Of a DNA stretch of 64,000 nucleotides, positions 17,795 to 26,034 are shown in pieces. Under the pieces are notes generated by a model. That model saw only the letters and a program-made list of their open reading frames with translations. It did no database searches and had not been told where the DNA came from. The DNA comes from a virus (taxonomy: Duplodnaviria; Caudoviricetes): positions 96,001-160,000 of the IMG/VR virus record IMGVR_UViG_3300020399_000132, one strand, 5' to 3'. Each line of letters begins with the position of its first letter. Positions within the stretch are counted from its first letter, which is position 1. The position numbers were made by a program, and so were the translations under genes.

Positions 17795-18721
17795 TTAGTT
17801 AACCTGTTGTTCCCAACCCTGTTGATCATGATGTTGAGCTAATCTCCATTTAAAATATTCATGGGAGGTGATAGGTGAGTGCTTATCTGGTTCATCTGTA
17901 AAATTTTTGATCAATGCATCTTTACCTGGATCGACAAAGTAAGGCATTGTATAGCGAGATTTTGTATGATCTCTATTAATGACTCTATGATTGGTTGATT
18001 TCAACGTATCGTTAGACCATCTTTGAAACATGTCTGCTACATTCAATACTATAGAGTTTTCTACTATGGGAGCTTCAATCCATTCTCCTGTTTCTCTATC
18101 CTCAACCTGAAGACCTCCTACATCGTCGAATCGCCAGAGTAGTGTAATGGAACCGTAATCTGTATGTTCTCCGCCTCTATAGGTTTGTGGTCCGCGAACT
18201 ACTCTAGGTGCAACAGCTGGATAATGAATCATTCTCATATTGACAGAGCCGTCTACGTGCTTATCTATTAAATATTTTTTTTTGAGTTTGAACATGCTCT
18301 CGAACTTGTCGAAAAACTGATGAGAGAGTTGTTGAGAGATCTGAAGAATCTGTTGAGCTAACGATTTGAGCTCTGAAATCTCCGTCGGCCAGTACTGCTC
18401 TTGCATTCTTGTTGAATCAATCCAGTTATAGGACTCTTTCATATCACCTGGTCGACTCTGAATATAACCCATCTCTCCCCAGCCAGCGCGGCACGTTGCT
18501 GAGCCTTTTACTCCGCTATATTCGTATTTCTTTTTCGCATCTAATGGTAGTTGGAAGAACTCCTCCATGAGTTGCTTCCAGTCTTGAAATTCTGATAGCC
18601 ACTCATTATAAACATTGGTGAAGACAGCGAACCCACAGGTAGTATATGCTCTGTGCATTTCTTCTATGCAAGTTTTACTTCTGAAATCAATTATTGGGAT
18701 GGCCATTTTTGTTCGAACCAA
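17795..18721 (-). CDS. Isopenicillin N synthase family 2OG-Fe(II) oxygenase
   Basis: IPIIDF, RMIHYP, HTDYGSITLL, GGLQV, STNHRV, RYTMPYF. Confidence 0.9.
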   Translation of the reverse strand: MVRTKMAIPIIDFRSKTCIEEMHRAYTTCGFAVFTNVYNEWLSEFQDWKQLMEEFFQLPLDAKKKYEYSGVKGSATCRAGWGEMGYIQSRPGDMKESYNWIDSTRMQEQYWPTEISELKSLAQQILQISQQLSHQFFDKFESMFKLKKKYLIDKHVDGSVNMRMIHYPAVAPRVVRGPQTYRGGEHTDYGSITLLWRFDDVGGLQVEDRETGEWIEAPIVENSIVLNVADMFQRWSNDTLKSTNHRVINRDHTKSRYTMPYFVDPGKDALIKNFTDEPDKHSPITSHEYFKWRLAQHHDQQGWEQQVN

Positions 18722-19002
18722 GCCTCGTCAGGGAATTTCTTTCCAATCAAAGGGTCATTATTAGTCTTTTTTAACATGTTGATTGTATCTTTTCTTTGAT
18801 GCTCTGGCAGTTCTTGAATCATACGTTTAACTGTGCCCCACTTTTCATTCAATGCATGTCTTTGTAGTATCTGTAGCATTTCGTGCTGCTGAAGATGTTC
18901 TGGATGTTTCACCTGACCATCTGGATGAGGACTAGTGATATGACCTATTTCCTTATCTGCTAGTCTCTTCTCTGTAGCGTTTTCAAAATTGTATTTGTGC
19001 AT
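18691..19002 (-). CDS. Hypothetical protein
   Basis: ORF. Confidence 0.5.
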   Translation of the reverse strand: MHKYNFENATEKRLADKEIGHITSPHPDGQVKHPEHLQQHEMLQILQRHALNEKWGTVKRMIQELPEHQRKDTINMLKKTNNDPLIGKKFPDEAWFEQKWPSQ

Positions 19003-19010
19003 AGGTAACT

Positions 19011-19412
19011 CTAAATTGCTGCTGTTAGACGTTCGACGAACTTTACGTGTTCTTTTGGTCGCTTGCCTTTATATTGAAAAGTATATGTTCGCTTCTCTAA
19101 ATCATCTAAAACCATCTGTAACTGCTCTTTACTAAAATCATTTATCTCATCACTCACATCTTCTAAGACATAGTAAATCTCATGTTCAGCTTCATGCAGC
19201 CATCCATCAAGAGCTTCCCGATAGATTATCTTATTACTATTACTCGCAGACATTATAGACATCCGCAACCAATTTTTAATTCTATTAATATTATCGTAAG
19301 CATTAAACTCAAATAACCAATCATGCATAAAATCGACTTTCTCCTGAACGTCTTTTATACGCTTCGCTCTTACTCTAGCTACCTGCCAACTAATATTCCA
19401 ATTTGTTTTCAT
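19011..19412 (-). CDS. Hypothetical protein (start revised to MKTNW)
   Basis: The longer ORF-track start lies inside the promoter. Confidence 0.55.
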   Translation of the reverse strand: MKTNWNISWQVARVRAKRIKDVQEKVDFMHDWLFEFNAYDNINRIKNWLRMSIMSASNSNKIIYREALDGWLHEAEHEIYYVLEDVSDEINDFSKEQLQMVLDDLEKRTYTFQYKGKRPKEHVKFVERLTAAI

Positions 19413-19419
19413 AATATAT

Positions 19420-19448
19420 ATTATACTACAATATAGAAAACAAGTCAA
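19420..19448 (-). promoter_or_regulatory. Sigma70 promoter, apparently leaderless transcript
   Basis: TTGACT-N17-TATAAT, 7 nt before ATG at 19412. Confidence 0.75.
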
Positions 19449-19613
19449 GTTAATTTTACAACATTAACCACACGAGTTCTTCTTTAAACACAATCATAGA
19501 TATTATCACACTGAATGCGATCACTAGAGCAACTCGTGTCTCGAAATCTCCCTGTGGCGACTCGTAATTCATCTCTGAATGTATCGGATATCCCCACTGG
19601 TCGTATTCGACTT

Positions 19614-19799
19614 TCATTTCTTCTTCTTAGTTTTCTTTTTAACAAGACCTTTTGCTTTCTTAGCGGTCTTCTTAACCTTTTTTGCTGTGTCCACAACTTT
19701 TTCTGCTGTGTCTACGGCGCTCTTAGTTTCTTCAATAATCTCTTTATGATTACCCATCAGCGTTTGTGCATGATGCTTCAATTTACTCAAAAATCCCAT
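19614..19799 (-). CDS. Small Lys-rich protein
   Basis: MGFLSKLK...KKVKKTAKKAKGLVKKKTKKKK; RBS AAGGT. Confidence 0.6.
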   Translation of the reverse strand: MGFLSKLKHHAQTLMGNHKEIIEETKSAVDTAEKVVDTAKKVKKTAKKAKGLVKKKTKKKK

Positions 19800-19852
19800 A
19801 TTTACCTTTCATTATGAGTTTGTTTTTTAACCACCTAGGGCCGGGGTGGCTT

Positions 19853-20371
19853 TCATATTTCGATTCCGGCATCGAACTTTATGTGTTCTACTTCTTTCAT
19901 CCCTATTCCTTTTATGCGATAGGCTTTACCGAAGCCCTTTATATAAGTTCCACGCATAGGAAGAAAACGAAACATCTTAAAGTCATCTAAGGACACTAAA
20001 GTATTTATTATATCTCCAAATTTTGCAGTAAATCGGGATACCAAATCATCCCAGAGTAAATGACCGGCTCCCATTTCTCTAGTTATTTGTAATGTGTTGC
20101 AATAAAAATTAAGGCGTGTTCTAACATATATTTGTTCACATTGTTCTTCAGACTCAATGAACATCAATGATGTATTACGTTGTGCGAGTAATGCTTCGGT
20201 GCGTTTTGAAAGGGTACTTACAAGAACGTAAATGTTCTTATTTTCATCTACTATACAAGGCGAGTAACTTATCTCTGGTGTCATTCCACCTCGAAACTCA
20301 TTCAATGTTGAGATGTAGACACTTTTTGCGGCATTCATGAATTCAACGTATTCATCATAAATCTTTTTCAT
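19853..20371 (-). CDS. HugZ/HutZ-like pyridoxamine-phosphate-oxidase-fold protein
   Basis: PEISYSP, SLMFIESE, RTRL, DFKMFRF...YIKGFGKAY. Confidence 0.8.
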   Translation of the reverse strand: MKKIYDEYVEFMNAAKSVYISTLNEFRGGMTPEISYSPCIVDENKNIYVLVSTLSKRTEALLAQRNTSLMFIESEEQCEQIYVRTRLNFYCNTLQITREMGAGHLLWDDLVSRFTAKFGDIINTLVSLDDFKMFRFLPMRGTYIKGFGKAYRIKGIGMKEVEHIKFDAGIEI

Positions 20372-20386
20372 AATATATTTTATGTT

Positions 20387-20629
20387 TTATTTTTTTGGTT
20401 CGTCTGGAAGGTATCGTCTACTCTTTTTAAGGATCCTATCTTTTCTCTTCTTTTTTTCTTTTTGCTTCTCTTTTTCCTTATCTGTTAGAGCTAGCATAGG
20501 AGGACTCTCTTGAGTATCTGAATACGTTGGTCTAACAGCAGCGGCAAATGATGTAGTTGAAAGCTTTTCAGTGGGGTTGAGATGAGGATGAGCTTCGAAG
20601 AATGCTCCAAATTCTTTAAATGTTTTCAT
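20387..20629 (-). CDS. Putative internal head protein
   Basis: MKTFKEF..FFE resembles T4 capsid-targeting sequence MKTYQEFIAE; basic tail. Confidence 0.55.
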   Translation of the reverse strand: MKTFKEFGAFFEAHPHLNPTEKLSTTSFAAAVRPTYSDTQESPPMLALTDKEKEKQKEKKKRKDRILKKSRRYLPDEPKK

Positions 20630-20644
20630 ATTACATGGACATTT

Positions 20645-21121
20645 CTACTTTAATTTTTTAGGTGGGTGCTTGTGAGTTTGTTCTCTTGTTATTGTAACTT
20701 CTGATGCTTCCAGAACCACGTTGGATCCAATTTGTGAAGCAGGAGGTGGAATAACTACATATTGTTCTATGTTGCCCCTTTTATCTAAGCTATGGCTAAC
20801 TACTACTAATTCTTCCTCACCCAAACTTGAGTGTCGAACATGAGTAGCTCAATTATGTTCCAGAGCTTTTTCAGAGATTGTGTCTAATTTATCAGCTATC
20901 CACGTATAGGGGTCACCATCGCGAGCTTTTGCTACTCCGTATGGCATATCTGTCTGCCAGTGATTCATTAATGCATCATATAACTTTGGCAAATCTAGTA
21001 AATCTTCTTTACCATCTTTAAATGCTTTGTAATCTTTAGCATGTGCTTTGAGAATATTTTGGAGTTCTCGATCCATGCGTAATTCTTGTTCATCAATTAC
21101 ATGCTCTATGAATGTCTTCAT
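20645..21121 (-). CDS. Putative internal head protein with in-frame TGA (candidate selenoprotein, 158 aa)
   Basis: MKTFIEHVIDE start; frame stays open 67 codons past TGA 20849-20851 (HN-TGA-ATHVRH...HKHPPKKLK-TAG); SECIS-like hairpin downstream. Confidence 0.65.
20818..20848 (-). promoter_or_regulatory. Candidate bacterial SECIS element
   Basis: CACTCA-AGTT-TGGGTG hairpin; apical loop starts 21 nt after UGA and has GU at loop positions 2-3. Confidence 0.55.
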
Positions 21122-23403
21122 CCGGTTAATTTCCTTTTCTTATTCCATACTCCGAGAAAACCACCCTTATAATATATGTGTGGTTCTCCACCCTTTTTGA
21201 ATGACTTCGCTAGGGTCTTTTCAGCTTTTACAACATCTTTTTTATCTACCCATAGCTTACCATCTTCCCAATAGCTTTTAATACCAGCGTCATCTAATGC
21301 CATATTAGCTTGGAGCTTATTACTCTCGTCAATTTTCTTTTTAGCTGCTCTATCGAATTTAAATGCTTGATAATCTTTCTTAGCTGCTTGGTAATCTGCG
21401 CGTTTCGATTTAAGATTTTGTCCTGGTGGTTGACTAGTGTCTCCAACCCTTGAAGCGGCTCGATCTGATACAGCTCTTTGTTGCCCAGCTTTCTTTTTAG
21501 CTGCTTGTCCTGCGCGTTGTAACAGGTCTTTCGAAAGTTCGTTAACGGAATTGGTTTTATCGCGGCTTTTAGCAAGAAACAGTTTGTCCCGCGTTTTCTT
21601 CTGACTGCCTACCGACCTGGCCATCATCTCATTTTTACTTGTTACCTTCTCCACTGCTTTCTTAGCTATGTGCTTTATTGCTTTTCTAGCAATGAACGCA
21701 CCAACTGGTCCGAGTTCCTTAACCTCAACTTCGTCATAAAAAGTACCTCTGGTAGCTTGCTTTCCTGGATTTCTCCGCTTCTCTCTTCCGACTGTAGTTC
21801 TAAACAGACTTTTGGAAATTGGACCATCCGGTTGTTTTTCAACTTTTCCACCTTTCTTTTTAAAAGCAGCGATTTTGTCAGCGTAATCGCTTTCTTTTTC
21901 ATCAATAACATCTTCCTTTTTAAAAGCTGTATCCCGTTGCTTGACATCGACGGCCGCACTGAATTTTCCGGCTTGTTTCTCTCTCTTTGCTGCCTTTTTG
22001 CCTGCTTCGTCAGCACCAAAAGCATGTCCTTTACCTTTCACTCTCGTCGCCCAATCTTGTGCGTCTCTTTGTGTTGCGGCATCCTTCTTTGCTGCGCCGG
22101 CTGCGCGGTTTAATAGTCCAGTTGAGATTTCATCAACAACTTCTCCTGCTCTTGCCTTTTTAAGCTTAGCTAGAGTTTCTGGAGTGGTAGGAACTGCTCT
22201 AGCCTTCTTCCTCATCTCTGATTCTTTTCTTTTATGATCATACATATCTATGCCGGATGAATCAACTTCATTAACTTTATCTCTTAACTCAGCGAAAGTC
22301 TTCTTATTACCTTCAACATAACCAGTATACTTATCTTTCTTAGGATTCTGATTTGGGTAACCGTGTTTCTTTACTGATTCTCTCTTCTTTATTGTGCCGA
22401 CATATTCATCTACCATTTTTCCATCCTTGTAATGAGCGGCATGTTTATGATCACCGCCGCCTTTACGAATCTTATCTAATTTTTTATCATCCTGATATCT
22501 ACTTGAACTATAATTTTGACCAGTTTTTGTATTTTTAATACTATACTGCGGTCTTTTTAAACTTTTTATTAACTCTAGTGCATTTTTGTCTTCATCAACT
22601 TCTACTTCTTCATTTGTCCGGAATCCAGCTTGTACTGGATTATCTATTGTACCAAAAACATATTGATGCAAATCTTTAGGTACAATCTTTTTGGCTTTTG
22701 CTTCCATATCTCTTTGAACATATATTCTGTCTCCAAAATACATAGAGTTACCATACTTTGCTGGTATACCTTTTTTCTTTAAAAGTGCGATTGCTTTCTC
22801 AGAATCTTTTTTAATTTCTGGATGCTTCCTACCTTTAGGATCGGGTTTTGACTTGTCTCTGCTGTCTTCAACAATTTCTACTTCTTCTAATACACGTTTT
22901 AAAGTAGTTTTCTCTCTTTTTGTTAATCCACCAATGCCATCAACCCATGCATCTTTGTCTGCCGTAGAAGTTTTATCGCCCATTTTCATCTTGAATTTTT
23001 TAACATAGTCATTCAGATTTGCTTCATCGATGTAGAACTCTTCTTTAGCAAGTAAAACTGCTATCTTCTTTAGATTTTCTCTTTCTGATTTGCTAAGCAT
23101 TTTTAATGCTCTATCATTAGCTATTTTCTCAAGAGATTTGGCATATTCTTTTGTAGATTCATCAACATCTACACCCCTTATCCTGTTAAAAAATTTTTGA
23201 TACGTTTCTTTATGGGTAAGGCCTAACTTCTGTAGTCTTTTCTTTTTCTCATCCGTATCTGTTAGCGCTTTGGATCTTATGTCTGGCCGATCAGGCTTCA
23301 CTTGACCCATAGAATCTGGTTTACACTGCGACGCCAGAGCAGACGTTTTGGACAATCCAGGAGTGTCGCAAAATGCAGGTCTCTCTTGGAGGTTTTCTGA
23401 CAT
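21118..23403 (-). CDS. Large basic modular protein, putative internal head polyprotein
   Basis: Lys-rich blocks separated by repeated [VI]-[DNK]-E motifs matching T4 gp21 cleavage consensus. Confidence 0.6.
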   Translation of the reverse strand: MSENLQERPAFCDTPGLSKTSALASQCKPDSMGQVKPDRPDIRSKALTDTDEKKKRLQKLGLTHKETYQKFFNRIRGVDVDESTKEYAKSLEKIANDRALKMLSKSERENLKKIAVLLAKEEFYIDEANLNDYVKKFKMKMGDKTSTADKDAWVDGIGGLTKREKTTLKRVLEEVEIVEDSRDKSKPDPKGRKHPEIKKDSEKAIALLKKKGIPAKYGNSMYFGDRIYVQRDMEAKAKKIVPKDLHQYVFGTIDNPVQAGFRTNEEVEVDEDKNALELIKSLKRPQYSIKNTKTGQNYSSSRYQDDKKLDKIRKGGGDHKHAAHYKDGKMVDEYVGTIKKRESVKKHGYPNQNPKKDKYTGYVEGNKKTFAELRDKVNEVDSSGIDMYDHKRKESEMRKKARAVPTTPETLAKLKKARAGEVVDEISTGLLNRAAGAAKKDAATQRDAQDWATRVKGKGHAFGADEAGKKAAKREKQAGKFSAAVDVKQRDTAFKKEDVIDEKESDYADKIAAFKKKGGKVEKQPDGPISKSLFRTTVGREKRRNPGKQATRGTFYDEVEVKELGPVGAFIARKAIKHIAKKAVEKVTSKNEMMARSVGSQKKTRDKLFLAKSRDKTNSVNELSKDLLQRAGQAAKKKAGQQRAVSDRAASRVGDTSQPPGQNLKSKRADYQAAKKDYQAFKFDRAAKKKIDESNKLQANMALDDAGIKSYWEDGKLWVDKKDVVKAEKTLAKSFKKGGEPHIYYKGGFLGVWNKKRKLTG

Positions 23404-23452
23404 AGTTTCCTTCTAGAAAAGTTTATGTTATATCTCTTCTATTTATTATAAT

Positions 23453-23587
23453 TCAGTCCGCAGCACTCATTTGTCGATAATATGAGTGTCGTTTGCGTCC
23501 TTTAGAATTCCCTAACCATCTGTAGTAGGTACACATCGTACATTTAGGGCTTTTTTTTCGCCAACCTTTTCGCTTCCTCTTGCCCAC
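23453..23587 (-). CDS. Small basic CxxC peptide (44 aa)
   Basis: GTG start; MGKRKRKGWRKKSPKCTMCTYYRWLGNSKGRKRHSYYRQMSAAD. Confidence 0.45.
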   Translation of the reverse strand: MGKRKRKGWRKKSPKCTMCTYYRWLGNSKGRKRHSYYRQMSAAD

Positions 23588-23780
23588 TTTCTTATTCAAA
23601 TCCCCGCCACTGGTTCTTCTTCGACCAGCAACTGAGGTTCTTCTTGGCGTGCTCTCATTTCTTCTCCGATTCCCTCTCTAAATTTGATTTCTGCTTGTAA
23701 TTTACCGAGTAAACCCCTCATTTCTGAGGTTGACATATTTTTAATATCTATTACGCTCCAGTTTTCCATTATTATATCCT

Positions 23781-24005
23781 CTAGTCATTTGTTAAAGTTG
23801 GCTCGCCTCTATCATAAAATTTCCAGCCCATAAAACAAGGCATCTGTTTTCTTTTACCATAAGCTCTATCTGTGTATACTTTGCCACTATCTTCACATAC
23901 TGCAAAAAAAGGTGTCATTCCATCTGGCCAATTATTGCTCTTTGATGAACAAGATGTTCCTATTGTTATTAAAAATATTATTGATAATATTAGTTTCCAT
24001 TTCAT
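23781..24005 (-). CDS. Putative lipoprotein
   Basis: Signal peptide ending GTSC. Confidence 0.55.
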   Translation of the reverse strand: MKWKLILSIIFLITIGTSCSSKSNNWPDGMTPFFAVCEDSGKVYTDRAYGKRKQMPCFMGWKFYDRGEPTLTND

Positions 24006-24421
24006 CCGTATATTCCCTCTTGATAAATTGGGCTCGACTCATGAGCTGAAGTCGATTGAGTTATTGTTTTAATCTCTACTGCCCTATCCAAGAGCATGTG
24101 CTCGATCTTAATGGGTTCCATCTCCATAAATTCCACTAGAACTTCATTTGAAGAAAATTCTGCACATGAATATACATCACATTGCACTAATGCCGGAGAT
24201 GTTTCATCCCAGATATGTATTGCTATGTGACTTGTTTCTATCATTACTACTGCTGTTATACCACGATTACCTTCCTCGGACACATATGCAGCATATGGGC
24301 CCTTGATAATTTTCATCTCTATTTTGTTTACTAAATTTCGAAGCCATTTTTTAATTTCTTTTTCACCCGTCATCGGGTTATTCACTTCAGCCCTAATAAT
24401 CAAATGCTTATGTTCAGGCAT
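24002..24421 (-). CDS. speD: S-adenosylmethionine decarboxylase proenzyme
   Basis: HKHLII, GITAVVMIETSHIAIHIW, DVYSC; RBS AGGAGAGAGG before MPEHK. Confidence 0.85.
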   Translation of the reverse strand: MPEHKHLIIRAEVNNPMTGEKEIKKWLRNLVNKIEMKIIKGPYAAYVSEEGNRGITAVVMIETSHIAIHIWDETSPALVQCDVYSCAEFSSNEVLVEFMEMEPIKIEHMLLDRAVEIKTITQSTSAHESSPIYQEGIYG

Positions 24422-24486
24422 CCTCTCTCTCCTGTTATAAATGCTGAGGGCGTGTCGTCGGAACGACACTCCGAGCCCCCAATAAA

Positions 24487-24783
24487 TTAATTACATTTAT
24501 ATAACGTATAACTCCAAGTAAGTTCTTCTCCGGATTTAATGTCTCTTGAAGCACCGATCCACCAAGTTTTAGGATCCATCAAAAGTTTGAAACAATTAGG
24601 ATCATCAGAGTGATTACCAAATCCTCCTAGAGGAGTTCTAATGAATCCGTTTTCAGAGTTTTCATTTGCATGATGGGTAACTCCAATTATTGTGTGTGCT
24701 GCAATATTTTCTGTTGCGAAAAGTCCTAGTCCGGAGACAGGAGATTCTTTAATTGTTATATAGTGGGGTAATGGTTTATACAT
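24487..24783 (-). CDS. SET-domain protein
   Basis: GLGLFAT, GGFGNHSDDPNC, DIKSGEELTWSY; TATAAATA at 24792-24799. Confidence 0.85.
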   Translation of the reverse strand: MYKPLPHYITIKESPVSGLGLFATENIAAHTIIGVTHHANENSENGFIRTPLGGFGNHSDDPNCFKLLMDPKTWWIGASRDIKSGEELTWSYTLYKCN

Positions 24784-24803
24784 ATTATCTTTATTTATAT
24801 TTC

Positions 24804-25274
24804 TCAATTATAAACTATATCTTCTTCCTCTTCCGATTTTTCAATTGGTTTTATATTTTTCCTTTGTATTTCCGCATGGTACTTCATATGTGCTTCGATA
24901 AGTTTATCTTCGTTAAAAGGCTTATCAGATTGTATCTGCTGAGCTATTTCAATTGCATCATCTGGAGAATCAAACCATTCACTTTTCCACGTTCCTTTAG
25001 CTACAATTGTTCTAGGGTTTGTATATACAATTCCAGATTCTTCAGGTGTCCACCAAAGATGTAACATTCCAATAAATCCTATTTCCGGTGGAGCTTCAAA
25101 TCCTTGTAAAATATGTCTTATGCCCATGCTTTGAAGAAATGGAAACTCTGTTGAATTATAAAACTTATAACGAAATTGAGTTTCCATAGCATGTCTCAAA
25201 TCTTTTCGCATCTTCTCTCTATTGTTCATTTCGTCAGAGCTACTCATATATAAACTCCGATATTTCTTCTCCAT
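24804..25274 (-). CDS. Hypothetical protein
   Basis: Coupled ORF. Confidence 0.55.
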   Translation of the reverse strand: MEKKYRSLYMSSSDEMNNREKMRKDLRHAMETQFRYKFYNSTEFPFLQSMGIRHILQGFEAPPEIGFIGMLHLWWTPEESGIVYTNPRTIVAKGTWKSEWFDSPDDAIEIAQQIQSDKPFNEDKLIEAHMKYHAEIQRKNIKPIEKSEEEEDIVYN

Positions 25275-26034
25275 CTTTTATATGATATAGATCTTCATGA
25301 AACTCTTCTGAGAATTTTGTATTATAAAAGAAATTAGAAATAATATTATACAAAACTATATGATTTGGATATGATAAATGATTCTTACGTTTACTTTCAA
25401 TTTCACTGCGAATAATTCCATCATGAAATTCATTACCGCATACTTCACGTAATTGGGTATCTACGATTTTAAAGTTTGAGTCATTAAGAGTCGACCAATC
25501 ATACGGCACGTCTTTAAATACATTCTTTTCCGTTGTTAATACTAACGTTTTCATATTGAGATGTTTTAAAAACAAACATGTATAAAACGCCCACATTTTA
25601 ATCTCAGGTTTAAAGGTATCATATGCGCCTATAACTTTTTCCATATTATTATAGACACTACCTCCAATTTCATAGCCCTCGCCAGCTTCACCCTTTCTAC
25701 AAAAATCATCTATATTTTCTCCAGATTTATATGCCCTATACATATCGTCTGCGGCTCCAGCATGTGTTGGTTTGTCAAGAAAAGGAAAAGGTATCCGGGT
25801 TCTATCTGTTAATAGAAATATAACTTTATCACCCCGTAAATAACCCTGCCTTGGTAATTTTTCTTGTAATATGCGCAATGACTCATATGTACTTCGACCG
25901 CCATTTGAATTAACATCAATGGCTTCATGTTTTTTTAATTGATTTTGCCAGCACAGATCGCCGTTATCAAAATCCCAGTTATAGTCTGGTTCTTCATTAT
26001 AATCACAATAACTATCACCGTATATTAAATACAT
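25240..26034 (-). CDS. SGNH/GDSL-like protein, paralog 4
   Basis: IYGDSY, NGGRS, NHLSYPNH. Confidence 0.6.
   Translation of the reverse strand: MYLIYGDSYCDYNEEPDYNWDFDNGDLCWQNQLKKHEAIDVNSNGGRSTYESLRILQEKLPRQGYLRGDKVIFLLTDRTRIPFPFLDKPTHAGAADDMYRAYKSGENIDDFCRKGEAGEGYEIGGSVYNNMEKVIGAYDTFKPEIKMWAFYTCLFLKHLNMKTLVLTTEKNVFKDVPYDWSTLNDSNFKIVDTQLREVCGNEFHDGIIRSEIESKRKNHLSYPNHIVLYNIISNFFYNTKFSEEFHEDLYHIKDGEEISEFIYE

Noticed and set aside
17320-17829. TGA readthrough joining 17641-17829 to 17320-17616
   Set aside because: In frame, but the linker is a consensus promoter and has no SECIS-like hairpin
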